Assembly: GCA_040767965.1 (NCBI GenBank)
Contig: JAXGNR010000007.1
Location: forward strand, 32,001 to 96,000
Direction: 5' to 3'
DNA: 64,000 nt
Source of the DNA: Atribacterota bacterium
GTDB lineage: Bacteria; Atribacterota; Phoenicimicrobiia; Phoenicimicrobiales; Stramentimicrobiaceae
Shown here piece by piece: positions 10,380 through 20,480 of this stretch. A model generated the notes under the pieces. The model saw nothing but the letters and a program-made list of their open reading frames with translations. It was not told where the DNA came from and searched no databases. The position numbers were made by a program, and so were the translations under genes. Positions within the stretch are counted from its first letter, which is position 1; every line of letters starts with the position of its first letter.

Positions 10380-11255
10380 TTATTTAATATTTTTAAGCAT
10401 TATTCCGGCCGCAAATCGTCCGGTCACACCACGGTCTTTTCTGCTGGAAAAAAAGAGATTAGAATCGCAATAAGTACAAATCTCTGCTATTTCTATATTA
10501 TCAGCAGGAATTTGACACTTCAATAATTGTATTTTATTAGCCTTCCACAAATCGAAGTATACTTTATCTTTATTTGTTGAATTAGTAAAAATCATTGTAT
10601 CTGATTCATCATATACTTCCTTTATTTTTTCCCGGACCTCGGCACCTACTTCATAACAACAACTGCCTATAGATGGGCCAATCCCGCATAGTATATTTTT
10701 AGGTGCACAATTCCAATGTGATTTCATAGTTTTTATTACTTTTTCCGTTATCGATCCTGCTGTTCCTTTCCAGCCGGCATGAATTAAACCTATTACTTTT
10801 TTTTTAAAATCATATACTATTATCGGCACGCAGTCTGCTACAAAAATAAGCAGGCAAATATTCAGTTGATCAGTCAGCAAGGCATCAGTTCCTGTTAGTG
10901 CTGAAGTTAAATCTTTACTTCCCAAACCCTTCATTTTATCATCAACTATAGTGATATTCGTGCCATGTACCTGATTAGCTGTGGTAAAATTGTTTAAGGG
11001 TATATTTAAATAATTTGCCAACCTGGTACGATTTTTTAAAACACTATCAAAATCATCACCTACATGAAAAGCAAGGTTAAGTTCATTAAAAGGCTTTTTG
11101 CTATAACCTCCTTTCCTGTTAGTAATAAAGTGAATAATTTCCTGATGTTTTGCTAAGTTAGCAAAAGAAAAAAGAAACATATCATTATTTGATAAATTCT
11201 TTTTATGGGCATTACTGAAGGATAAAAAGCTTTTTTCGGTTGATTGTTTATCCAT
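10380..11255 (-). CDS. pgeF: YfiH/PgeF family protein (laccase-domain purine nucleoside phosphorylase)
   Basis: LNLA.HVGD, QVHG, ADCVP, HAGWKG, GPSIG..CYEV, FFS.R. Confidence 0.92.
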   Translation of the reverse strand: MDKQSTEKSFLSFSNAHKKNLSNNDMFLFSFANLAKHQEIIHFITNRKGGYSKKPFNELNLAFHVGDDFDSVLKNRTRLANYLNIPLNNFTTANQVHGTNITIVDDKMKGLGSKDLTSALTGTDALLTDQLNICLLIFVADCVPIIVYDFKKKVIGLIHAGWKGTAGSITEKVIKTMKSHWNCAPKNILCGIGPSIGSCCYEVGAEVREKIKEVYDESDTMIFTNSTNKDKVYFDLWKANKIQLLKCQIPADNIEIAEICTYCDSNLFFSSRKDRGVTGRFAAGIMLKNIK

Positions 11256-11320
11256 TAATCTGTTTCCTGAATATTTTTATTAATTATTTTTATTGTATTT
11301 TTACTCTTTTTTGAATTTTT

Positions 11321-12052
11321 TTACTCTTCCCCAAAATGAACATGTTTGTATAACCAGTTCTCCAAGGGTGCAAAATCTTTAAAAATATTAAATACAAATT
11401 TTAAAATATTTTGACTATAAAGCTCTGGTGGAATCTGAATCTCCGTACTGGCTAACAATCCGTTAAAACGGATTAAATCCTCAAATTTATCACTTACCTT
11501 ATACCCTTCAGGAATTCTTTTATAAAATGGTTTGCTAATTTTATAGTCATTTTTACTTTTCAGCTTTTCCATAATACCAAGCAATTGATCACCAATTTCT
11601 TGTTTAGAAACAGCTTGCCGAAAGGCGGTAAGATTCTTCCGGGAGAAAATTTTATTCCCGGCGGCTAAATATAGCGCCTCTGGCCTTAGTTCAAAATAAT
11701 AACCTGGAGAATCATGTGTTTTCCTTTTTCCTTGCCAGAAGCATATGCCTAGAAATGTCTTATAAGGGTCCTGATCACTCATATTTCTAGTATCCTGATA
11801 TATTCTGCGAATAGAACGGTTTATTTTTGGTTCAGCATTAATTTCTGAGGATATCTTTTCGAGCATTTTGCCCATTTCAACCACAAATTCCATGGCTGGT
11901 TTTATAACTTTCTTGTTGTAATCTTTTTTTCTGGCTAAAAACCATTCTTGATTATTGTTTTCTTTCAAGTTTTTCAGAAAAAAAACGGTTTCCGCTGAAA
12001 ATCCTTCAAATTGACTTTCTTTAGTTAACATTACTATCCTCCTATCGGACAA
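11321..12052 (-). CDS. DUF2461 (TIGR02453-like) protein
   Basis: F..L.ENN..EWF...K..Y, RIY.D.R....DPYKT. Confidence 0.8.
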   Translation of the reverse strand: MSDRRIVMLTKESQFEGFSAETVFFLKNLKENNNQEWFLARKKDYNKKVIKPAMEFVVEMGKMLEKISSEINAEPKINRSIRRIYQDTRNMSDQDPYKTFLGICFWQGKRKTHDSPGYYFELRPEALYLAAGNKIFSRKNLTAFRQAVSKQEIGDQLLGIMEKLKSKNDYKISKPFYKRIPEGYKVSDKFEDLIRFNGLLASTEIQIPPELYSQNILKFVFNIFKDFAPLENWLYKHVHFGEE

Positions 12053-12083
12053 TATTTAATTAAGCTTGTAGATTATAATAGGA

Positions 12084-12725
12084 TTAATTTTTAGAATCTA
12101 ACTCAAGTTCATTTATCTTTTTAAATAAAAGGCTGGCTAGTTTAAAATGATTTTTTTCATTAAGATGAATTCCATCTATTTTACTTACTTTTATTTTATT
12201 TGTTATATCCAAAAAATGACAATGCATTATTCTGGATATATTTTGATATTCCCGGGTAAGGCTGATAGATTTTTCTCTAGAATCCCTGAAAGAGGAATTT
12301 ATCATGACATTATCAAAGGTGTGAGGCACGGGAAGTAAAATTATGTCAGGGATCTTATCATGGTAACCATATTGGCCATTTTTTATTGATTGAATCATTT
12401 TTTGCATATTAGTGCTAATACGTTGAATTGAATTAGAAAAATAATATTTTAGATCATTAGTCCCTAAAAATATTATAATAATATCAAAAGGCTTATGTGA
12501 TTCCATACAAGGTAATAAATATTTTAAACCATTTCTACCTGGATGCAAAGGGTCATCATCAGCAATAGTTCTGCCATTTAATCCTTCTTCTAAAATAGAA
12601 TACTTCCCCTCTAAAGAATTAGCAAGAATCCCAGTCCAGCGCTTACTATATTCAAATCTTTCGCCAGTACCTGGTATATAACCCCAGGTATTTGAATCTC
12701 CAAAACAAAGTACTCTTTTAATCAT
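12084..12725 (-). CDS. SGNH/GDSL hydrolase (arylesterase-like)
   Basis: FGDSNTWG, EEGLNGRT, LGTND, DGIH. Confidence 0.9.
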   Translation of the reverse strand: MIKRVLCFGDSNTWGYIPGTGERFEYSKRWTGILANSLEGKYSILEEGLNGRTIADDDPLHPGRNGLKYLLPCMESHKPFDIIIIFLGTNDLKYYFSNSIQRISTNMQKMIQSIKNGQYGYHDKIPDIILLPVPHTFDNVMINSSFRDSREKSISLTREYQNISRIMHCHFLDITNKIKVSKIDGIHLNEKNHFKLASLLFKKINELELDSKN

Positions 12726-13311
12726 CAGATGTAGGATTTCCTCTAAGCCCTAATTCGTCAGCAATTTCCTGCATACCTTTTATGGTATCATCAATTAATT
12801 CAGATAATTCCATACCAAGCATTTCTGCTCCTCGCGTTATTATGTTTCTATCAACACCAGCTGCAAATCTTTTATCTTTCCATTTTTTTTTCACAGACTT
12901 CACTTTTACATCAAAAATACTTTTTGATGGTCTGACCAGAGCAGTCGTGACAACTAATCCTGTTAACTCATCAATAGCATAAAGCGTTTTTTCTAAATCT
13001 GTTTCAGGTTTCACTTCTGAACAAATACCCCAACCATGGCTTATAACTGCCCTAATATATTCTGCTGGCCAATTGTGTTCTTCTAAAATATCCTTACTCT
13101 TACTACAATGCTGTTGAGGATATTTTTCATAGTCCAAATCATGCACTAAGCCAATAACACCCCACTTTTCCACATCTTCACCTTTTTTGCTTGCCATGTA
13201 GCGCATTACTCCTTCAACGGCCAGGGCATGTTTAATCAAGCTGTCTTCTTGATTATATTCTTTCAGTAAGTCTAAAGCATCTTCTCTTGTTGGCACATAA
13301 TTATTATCCAT
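12718..13311 (-). CDS. HD-domain metal-dependent phosphohydrolase
   Basis: H.L.VE..M, GLVHDLDYE, DELTG. Confidence 0.85.
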   Translation of the reverse strand: MDNNYVPTREDALDLLKEYNQEDSLIKHALAVEGVMRYMASKKGEDVEKWGVIGLVHDLDYEKYPQQHCSKSKDILEEHNWPAEYIRAVISHGWGICSEVKPETDLEKTLYAIDELTGLVVTTALVRPSKSIFDVKVKSVKKKWKDKRFAAGVDRNIITRGAEMLGMELSELIDDTIKGMQEIADELGLRGNPTSDD

Positions 13312-13415
13312 GAATACCTCCCATGTTCTGCATTGAACGCTATCTGATTGCTATACATTATAACATCACGTTATAAGAATTGAAAGTAATTGAAATTTTT
13401 ACAATTATTATCTCT

Positions 13416-14780
13416 TTATAACGCGTAAAGCTCCTCTTCATACTTTATTTTCCGGACTTCATTCTTAAGGAAAAACCAGGTTATAATTGCTGAAAAGATA
13501 TCTGCAGCAGGGTATGATATCCATATCCCCATTAAACCTAATTTAAAATAACCTGGAAGAATAATTATTAAAGGTATAAACAATAACACTCTTCTTAATA
13601 ACGAAAAAGTTATCGCAGGTAAGGCCTTGCCTAATGATTGAAACAATGCAGCACCTGTCATTTGTATGCTTAAAAATGGAATGCTAAATACCATAAGTCT
13701 CATAATAGGGACTCCTGCTTCAATAATATGCAATTCATTAGTAAAAATACAAAAAACTTTAGAAGGCCAGAATATTATTATTAAACAAAGAGAGGTTGAC
13801 AATAAAAATAAAACCTTAATTGTTAAATTTAATACCTGGTAAACCCTTTTAAATTTTTTGGCACCATAATTATATCCAGCTATTGGCTGCATTCCCTGCA
13901 CCACTCCAAACATAGGCATAAACAAAAAACGAGTTATTTTAATAATTATACCTAAAATAATGATTGGAACATCCCCACCGTAGAAACGTAAAGATTGATT
14001 TACTAATAAAGTGGATACACTGCCTGAAGATAATCGAGCAAAAGAAGGTAAGCCAACCGTGATAATTTCTTTGATAATAGACCAATCAGGTGTTAAATGT
14101 TTTATTTTGATTCCTAAGGAAGTCTCTTTACTATAAATGTATTTGAGAACATATAAAAAAGAAAAAAACTGAGCACATATTGTTGCTAATGCTGCGCCTT
14201 GTATTCCTAGCTGGAATTTAAAGATAAAAATCGGATCAAATACAATATTTAATATTGCACCAATTGACATAGATATCATTGCTACTCTGGCATTGCCTTC
14301 AGCCCTGATAAGGTTGTTTGAAGAAACCGCAAAAGAAAAGAAGGGCAATCCCAACAATATAGTTCTAACATAATCTTTGGAATAGGGCAGGATATTTGCA
14401 GTTGCCCCGAAGAAAAGAAGGATTTGTTCAATATAATTTAAACAAATTAAAGATACACTAATAGATAGCAACATGATGCAAAAAAATGAATTTCCCACTA
14501 CAAACTTAGCGCGTTCAGCATTACCAGCACCTAAGCTTCTTGAAACAGCAGAACCTGCCCCTATTCCAATAGTTTGAGCAATTGCCAAAAGCAGCATTTG
14601 TAACGGAAAAGCTATTGCAAGGGCCCCTATTGCTAATGAGCCTACTCCTCTTCCAACAAAGATTGTATCTATTAGATTATAAAGAGCATTTGCTATCATT
14701 CCTACTACTGCCGGAAAAGATAACCTTAAGAGTAGTTTGTTTATTTCTTCCTGACCAAGAAGTAAGACTTTTTTCTTAAT
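13416..14780 (-). CDS. MATE family efflux transporter (MepA-like); start probably a non-canonical ATT at 14780
   Basis: Multi-TM MATE motifs (LYN..DT.FVG, RAEG, N..FDP.FI, GYNYGA); the conserved N-terminal LG.E.I.KLL..S.PA..GM segment lies upstream of ATG 14699. Confidence 0.88.
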   Translation of the reverse strand: MKKKVLLLGQEEINKLLLRLSFPAVVGMIANALYNLIDTIFVGRGVGSLAIGALAIAFPLQMLLLAIAQTIGIGAGSAVSRSLGAGNAERAKFVVGNSFFCIMLLSISVSLICLNYIEQILLFFGATANILPYSKDYVRTILLGLPFFSFAVSSNNLIRAEGNARVAMISMSIGAILNIVFDPIFIFKFQLGIQGAALATICAQFFSFLYVLKYIYSKETSLGIKIKHLTPDWSIIKEIITVGLPSFARLSSGSVSTLLVNQSLRFYGGDVPIIILGIIIKITRFLFMPMFGVVQGMQPIAGYNYGAKKFKRVYQVLNLTIKVLFLLSTSLCLIIIFWPSKVFCIFTNELHIIEAGVPIMRLMVFSIPFLSIQMTGAALFQSLGKALPAITFSLLRRVLLFIPLIIILPGYFKLGLMGIWISYPAADIFSAIITWFFLKNEVRKIKYEEELYAL

Positions 14781-14838
14781 TGTCTCTTACCCTCTTTCAC
14801 TATTTGTTGTTTGGATTGTCATCACAAAACAATTAAGA

Positions 14839-14867
14839 ATTATATCCAAAGAAGTAGAAAAAGTAAA
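14839..14867 (-). promoter_or_regulatory. Sigma-70/A promoter of the MATE gene
   Basis: TTTACT-17 nt-TATAAT. Confidence 0.5.
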
Positions 14868-14951
14868 GCATCTTGTTCTATTTGGAAAGTAGTAATTAAA
14901 ATTAACCAAAAAATAAAAACAATTTTTTCATGAATATTTATCATAAGGAAA

Positions 14952-16064
14952 TTAATTTTTCTTGATACTCATTTCTTGATACTCATTTAATAAATCATTT
15001 ATTAATTCTTTTACAGTTATTATTTTATCTATTCGATATGCATTGGCACCGGCAAATGCGAATCCTTCTTCAAAAAGTCCCTTCTGAGCATGTGTTAAGG
15101 CTGAAGCAATACAATAAGGTGCAGTTTTAAAATCACAAGTTTTCAGACATTTCCAATAACATCTGAAAGGTTTTTGTCTACCATCAGAAACTTCCTGTAA
15201 AAATCCATTTTTAATAGCTCTGCCTGGCAGCCCAACCGGGCTATTTATAATTGTTAAATCTTCCTTTCTGCAATTAATATAAGCCTGTTTGAATTTAGTT
15301 GAAGCATCACATTCTTCTGTTGCCACAAAGCGAGTAGCCATTTGAACACCTTGTGCACCTAACTGAAAATAGCGAAATATGTCAGAGCCAGAAAAAATAC
15401 CACCAGCAACAATTACAGGAATATTTTTGTTGAATTCTGTTCCAAATTTTTTTAATTCTGAAATAACCTCAGGGAGAATTTTTTCAAGTGCAAATTCTGG
15501 GCTGTCTATTTGTTCAGGATTATATCCTAAATGCCCTCCTGCCAAAGGACCTTCTAATACTACCGCATCAGGTATGTAGTTATAGTGTTTTTGCCAGTGC
15601 TTAAAGATAATTTTTGCAGCTCTGGCAGATGATATAATAGGTATAATTTTAGGTTTTTTGTCACCAGGGAAACGAGGAATTAATTTTTCCATCCCTTTTA
15701 AAGGCAACCCTGCTCCCAGCATAACTAAATCAGCTTTTTCTTCAATGGCTATTTGAAGCATGCTATCAAAATCAGATAGAGCTACCATTATGTTTACTCC
15801 GATAACCCCTGCTGTAGCAGATCTGGCTTTTCGAATTTCTTTACGCAATGCTCTTTGATTTGCTTTTCTAAAATCGGTGTTAAAATCCGGCTCCATCATC
15901 CCAATTCCAGCTGTGCCTATTACCCCAGCACCTCCTGCATTAGCCACTGCTGAAGCTAATCCGGATAAAGATATGCCTACCGCCATCCCACCTTGTATAA
16001 TAGGAATCTTGATTGTTAAATCTCCGATATTTAGACTAGGCATATTTTTTTTGTTCATTTTCAA
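14952..16064 (-). CDS. Nitronate monooxygenase family FMN protein, FabX/UfaA-like with a 4-Cys Fe-S motif
   Basis: IIQGGM, EGPLAGGHLG, QMATRF, and C-x3-C-x3-C-x7-C (CYWKCLKTCDFKTAPYC); last gene of the fab operon. Confidence 0.75.
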   Translation of the reverse strand: MKMNKKNMPSLNIGDLTIKIPIIQGGMAVGISLSGLASAVANAGGAGVIGTAGIGMMEPDFNTDFRKANQRALRKEIRKARSATAGVIGVNIMVALSDFDSMLQIAIEEKADLVMLGAGLPLKGMEKLIPRFPGDKKPKIIPIISSARAAKIIFKHWQKHYNYIPDAVVLEGPLAGGHLGYNPEQIDSPEFALEKILPEVISELKKFGTEFNKNIPVIVAGGIFSGSDIFRYFQLGAQGVQMATRFVATEECDASTKFKQAYINCRKEDLTIINSPVGLPGRAIKNGFLQEVSDGRQKPFRCYWKCLKTCDFKTAPYCIASALTHAQKGLFEEGFAFAGANAYRIDKIITVKELINDLLNEYQEMSIKKN

Positions 16065-16083
16065 CCTCTGTTTCTATTCTTCT

Positions 16084-16521
16084 TTAATTAATTATTTTAT
16101 TTTCTATGGCAAAAATAAGTTCTGCTTCTACTGCCAGTTCTCCTTCTACCAAAGCAATGCCCTTCCCAATCCCGAAAGAACCTCTTTTTTTAATGATTTC
16201 AGTTTCCAACTGAAGACAGTCTCCTGGTATAACCTTTTTTTTAAAGCGAGCCTTATTGATCCCTCCAAAAAAAACTAACTTTCCTTCATTTTCCTTATTA
16301 GATAAAATAGCCACTGCTCCAACTTGGGCCAGGGCTTCTATCATTAATACTCCAGGCATAATCATTTCTTGAGGAAAGTGTCCTTGGAAAAAAGATTCAT
16401 TTGCAGTTATATTTTTAAAACCAGCAGCTCTTACACCTGGAACAATTTCTTTTATTCTATCAACAAGTAAAAATGGAGGTCTGTGTGGAATTATTTTTTG
16501 TATTTCATCACTATTTAACAA
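16084..16521 (-). CDS. fabZ: 3-hydroxyacyl-ACP dehydratase
   Basis: IPHR.PFLLVD, FQGHFP, PGVL.IEALAQ. Confidence 0.96.
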   Translation of the reverse strand: MLNSDEIQKIIPHRPPFLLVDRIKEIVPGVRAAGFKNITANESFFQGHFPQEMIMPGVLMIEALAQVGAVAILSNKENEGKLVFFGGINKARFKKKVIPGDCLQLETEIIKKRGSFGIGKGIALVEGELAVEAELIFAIENKIIN

Positions 16522-16536
16522 TTTTATATTCTCCTC

Positions 16537-17772
16537 TTAGTACCATTTCTTTAGAAGGAGGCTTACATTGTGACCTCCAAAACCGAAGGAATTGGATAAT
16601 GTATATTTTAAATCTTTTACTCTTCCTTTTCCCGGCACATAATCTAAGTCGCATTCAGGGTCAGGATTCTCTAATCCAATAGTTGCGGGTATATAACTGT
16701 CATTTATTGATTTAATACAAATGATGGCTTCTATTGAGCCGGCTGCACCTAACATGTGAGCAGTCATTGATTTAGTTGAACTAATAGGAATCGAATAAGC
16801 ATCTTCACCAAACACATTTTTTATAGCTTTTGTTTCACACAAATCATTGAGAGGAGTGCTGGTTCCATGAGCATTTATGTAAGATACCTCTGTTGGAGAT
16901 ATTCCTCCCTCTTTAATGGCCAATCTCATAGCATTGGCACCACCCCTGCCTTCCGGGTCAGGTGCTGTAATGTGATAAGCATCACAGGTAATTCCGCAAC
17001 CAACTATTTCAGCATAAATTTTGGCATTTCTTTTTTGTGCATTTTCTAATGTTTCCATAACTACAATACCAGAGCCTTCTCCCATAACAAAACCGCTTCT
17101 GTCTGCATCAAAAGGAATGGATGCTCTTTGAGGTTGATTATCTGAATATAGTGCCCCCATTGAACTAAACCCAGCTACTGATAAAGGGGTAACTGCCGCC
17201 TCTGTCCCTCCGCTAATAATAACCGAAGCCATTCCCTGCTGCAAAAGGCGATATGAATAATTAATTGCAGAAGCACCTGAGGCACATGCGGTTACGACAC
17301 ATTCGCATATTCCTTTTAATCCATATCGAATGGCAATATTAGCAGAAGCAATATTTGAAATAGCCATTGGAATAAAGAAAGGAGAAACTCTTTTAGGACC
17401 TTTTTTAATTATTTTTTCATTTTCCTTTTCGACTGTAGAAAAACCACCTATTCCTGTCCCGAGAATAACACCCCAATCATTAGCTGAGCTGGGTTTTATT
17501 TCTAATCCAGAATCTTTTATAGCCTCATCAGCAGCAATAATTGCCATTTGAGAAAATCTATCCATTCTTTTGGCTTCTTTGAAGTCAAGAACACCAAGAT
17601 CATCTATATTTTTTACTTCAGCAGCGATTTTCACCTTAAATTCTGAAGTATCAAAAGCCTCAATAAAATCAATTCCACAAACACCTTTTTTAATATTAGA
17701 CCAAAATGATTGAACATTATTCCCAATTGGCGTCACTGCACCTAAACCTGTAATAACAACTCTATGTTTCAA
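16537..17772 (-). CDS. fabF: Beta-ketoacyl-ACP synthase II
   Basis: TACASG, NAHGTST, H.LGAAG, SNSFGFGG.N. Confidence 0.96.
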   Translation of the reverse strand: MKHRVVITGLGAVTPIGNNVQSFWSNIKKGVCGIDFIEAFDTSEFKVKIAAEVKNIDDLGVLDFKEAKRMDRFSQMAIIAADEAIKDSGLEIKPSSANDWGVILGTGIGGFSTVEKENEKIIKKGPKRVSPFFIPMAISNIASANIAIRYGLKGICECVVTACASGASAINYSYRLLQQGMASVIISGGTEAAVTPLSVAGFSSMGALYSDNQPQRASIPFDADRSGFVMGEGSGIVVMETLENAQKRNAKIYAEIVGCGITCDAYHITAPDPEGRGGANAMRLAIKEGGISPTEVSYINAHGTSTPLNDLCETKAIKNVFGEDAYSIPISSTKSMTAHMLGAAGSIEAIICIKSINDSYIPATIGLENPDPECDLDYVPGKGRVKDLKYTLSNSFGFGGHNVSLLLKKWY

Positions 17773-17785
17773 TTTTCATCACCTC

Positions 17786-18535
17786 TTATATTTCCATACC
17801 ACCGTCAATCCGAAATACTTGACCGGTAATATAATCTGCTTCATTTGATACTAAAAAGTTAACTATATTAGCAACTTCTTTTGGTAATCCAAATCTCCCT
17901 AAAGAGATTCTTGTTAATATCTTTTCTTTTTGTTCTTCTGTAAGAGAATCAGTCATATCAGTTTTGATAAAACCAGGTGCAATAGCATTTACGGTAATAT
18001 TTCTTGCCCCTAACTCTTTAGCGGCGGATTTGGTAAAACCAATAATTCCTGCTTTTGCTGCAGCATAATTAGCTTGACCAAAATTACCTGCTATTCCCAC
18101 TACAGAAGATAAATTAATAATTTTCCCATAATGGGCTTTCATCATAAACTTACTGGCATATTTAGTACAATAAAATGTTCCCAAAAGATTTGTAGATATT
18201 ACCTGGCTAAAATCCTTTTCTTTCATTCTAATCAATAGGTTATCCCTGGTTATCCCAGCATTATTTACTAAAATATCTAAAGTTTTATATACATCCAATG
18301 AGGCCTGTATAATTCTTTGCGCTTCTTCTGGAATACTTACATCACCTTGTACTGTTATACAATTTCTTCCTAAGTCAGAAATTTCTTTTGCTGTTAACCG
18401 AGCTGCTTCTTCATTTTTAATATAATTCACAACTATATTGGCTCCTGATTCAGCTAAGCGCAAAGCTATTGCCTTGCCAATTCCACGGACACCACCTGTA
18501 ATCAGGGCAGTTTTTCCTTTTAAATCAATAGACAT
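17786..18535 (-). CDS. fabG: 3-oxoacyl-ACP reductase
   Basis: TGG.RGIG, NNAGITRD, NYAAAK; located in the fab operon. Confidence 0.95.
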   Translation of the reverse strand: MSIDLKGKTALITGGVRGIGKAIALRLAESGANIVVNYIKNEEAARLTAKEISDLGRNCITVQGDVSIPEEAQRIIQASLDVYKTLDILVNNAGITRDNLLIRMKEKDFSQVISTNLLGTFYCTKYASKFMMKAHYGKIINLSSVVGIAGNFGQANYAAAKAGIIGFTKSAAKELGARNITVNAIAPGFIKTDMTDSLTEEQKEKILTRISLGRFGLPKEVANIVNFLVSNEADYITGQVFRIDGGMEI

Positions 18536-19472
18536 GGTTTTGCTCCAGTATCTTAATAGTATTATTTAAAGATTGTATATCTTCCACATTGCAAACAAGT
18601 AAATTTTTATCAATTTTTTTTAAAAAACCGCTTAACACCTTCCCGGGTCCAATTTCTATAAAAATATCAACCCCTCCTTGTATCATCTTATAAATACACT
18701 TACTCCAGAGAATAGGGAACATTACCTGTTTTTTTAAAAGCTCTTTTACTAAATTTTTTCCCTCTATATAATCCCCAATGACATTGCTTATTACGGGAAT
18801 TTTTAGATCATAAACATCTATCTTTTCTAATTCTTTTGCTAGCCTGACTGCTGCCGCCTGAAGCATAGAAGTGTGAAACGGAGCACTCACCTGTAAAGGA
18901 ATAACTCTTTTTGCTCCTTCTTCTTTTGCATAAACTGCAGCTAAATCAACCGCTTCCACTTCTCCTCCAATAACCACCTGTCCAGGGTAATTATAGTTGG
19001 CAGGTTCAACAATTCCAGTTGACCTTGCTTTTTCACAGATATTTTCAACTGCTTCATCTGATAATCCTAATATCGCTGTCATTTTACCTTTTCCCAAAGG
19101 AACAGCCTCCTGCATATATTGACCTCTTTTTCTCACCAATTGAACTGCAGTAACAAAATCTAAAGCTCTAGAACAGACTAAAGAAGAGTATTCTCCTAAG
19201 CTTAAACCAGCGGTTACAGCAGGTACAATTCCTCTTTCCTGTAAAATTGACAAAGCGGCTATACTGGTAGTTAAAATAGCTGGTTGCGTATTTTCTGTTT
19301 TGTTAAGTTTTTCTGTATTTCCTTCAAAACAAATTTCCTCAATATCCATATCCAGAGCATCTTTAGCTTTTTTAAATATTTTTCTACATGAAGAGTAGTT
19401 ATCAAAAAGTTCTTTGCCCATTCCCACATACTGAGCACCCTGCCCTGAAAATAAAAAAGCAATTTTTTTCAT
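18525..19472 (-). CDS. fabD: Malonyl-CoA:ACP transacylase
   Basis: GQGAQ, GLSLGEY, VSAPFH, EIGPG. Confidence 0.96.
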   Translation of the reverse strand: MKKIAFLFSGQGAQYVGMGKELFDNYSSCRKIFKKAKDALDMDIEEICFEGNTEKLNKTENTQPAILTTSIAALSILQERGIVPAVTAGLSLGEYSSLVCSRALDFVTAVQLVRKRGQYMQEAVPLGKGKMTAILGLSDEAVENICEKARSTGIVEPANYNYPGQVVIGGEVEAVDLAAVYAKEEGAKRVIPLQVSAPFHTSMLQAAAVRLAKELEKIDVYDLKIPVISNVIGDYIEGKNLVKELLKKQVMFPILWSKCIYKMIQGGVDIFIEIGPGKVLSGFLKKIDKNLLVCNVEDIQSLNNTIKILEQNHVY

Positions 19473-19484
19473 AATACTTTCCCT

Positions 19485-20468
19485 TCAAACTATTGATCTA
19501 GAACAATTATTAATAGTCATATTTTTTTCAATATCTCGTGCTTTTTGTAATATTATTTCTTCAGCCTGTTCAAACATTTCTTTAATAATTTCCTGACAAG
19601 ACTGTTCTTTTTGGATCAACCCACAAATCTGACCTGCCATCACAGAACCTTTTTCTACATCACCTTTTTTAACAGCATTAAAAAGAGAACCTTTTCCTAA
19701 TTCTTCATATTCTTCCAGTGAAGCATTTCTTTTTTCTAACTGCTGAAATTCACGAGCTAATTGGTTTTTAATAACCCTAACCGGATGACCAGTAGCCCTA
19801 CCGGTAACAATAGTGCTAGTATCTTTGGCTTGTAATATTTTTTCTTTGTATGTTTGGGCAATATTACATTCATAAGCAACTAAAAACCGAGTTCCTACTT
19901 GAACTCCTGAAGAGCCTAACATTAAAGCTGCAGCAAGTCCCCTTCCATCCCCTACTCCGCCAGCAGCAATTACTGGAATTTTTACAGAATCAACAACTTG
20001 AGGAATAAGGCTCATAGTAGTCAAATCACCAATATGCCCTCCGGCTTCACCACCCTCAGCAATAATTGCATCAGCTCCTGATTTTTCCATTCTTTTAGCA
20101 ATAGAAGCTGAAGGAACAACAGGAAGGACTTTAATCCCTTTTTCTTTCCATGCAGGGATATACTTCCCGGGATTACCTGCTCCTGTAATAATAACTGATA
20201 CATTTTCTTCCATCGCTATCTTACCAATCTCTTCAGCCATTGGGTTAAGCAGCATAATATTAAGAGCGAAAGGTTTTTTGGTTAATAATTGCGCCTTTCT
20301 TATTTCATTTCTTATCCATTCTGCAGGAGCATAACCAGAAGCAATAACTCCTAATCCTCCCGCGTTTGACACAGCTGCTGCCAAATCAGCATCAGCAACC
20401 CAGGCCATCCCTCCTTGAATAATCGGATAATCAATTTCTAATAGTTCATTAATAGCAGTTCGTATCAT
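19485..20468 (-). CDS. fabK: Enoyl-ACP reductase II
   Basis: IQGGMAWV, TGAGNP, EAGGHIG, MAGQ. Confidence 0.93.
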   Translation of the reverse strand: MIRTAINELLEIDYPIIQGGMAWVADADLAAAVSNAGGLGVIASGYAPAEWIRNEIRKAQLLTKKPFALNIMLLNPMAEEIGKIAMEENVSVIITGAGNPGKYIPAWKEKGIKVLPVVPSASIAKRMEKSGADAIIAEGGEAGGHIGDLTTMSLIPQVVDSVKIPVIAAGGVGDGRGLAAALMLGSSGVQVGTRFLVAYECNIAQTYKEKILQAKDTSTIVTGRATGHPVRVIKNQLAREFQQLEKRNASLEEYEELGKGSLFNAVKKGDVEKGSVMAGQICGLIQKEQSCQEIIKEMFEQAEEIILQKARDIEKNMTINNCSRSIV

Positions 20469-20480
20469 CTTTTACTCTCC

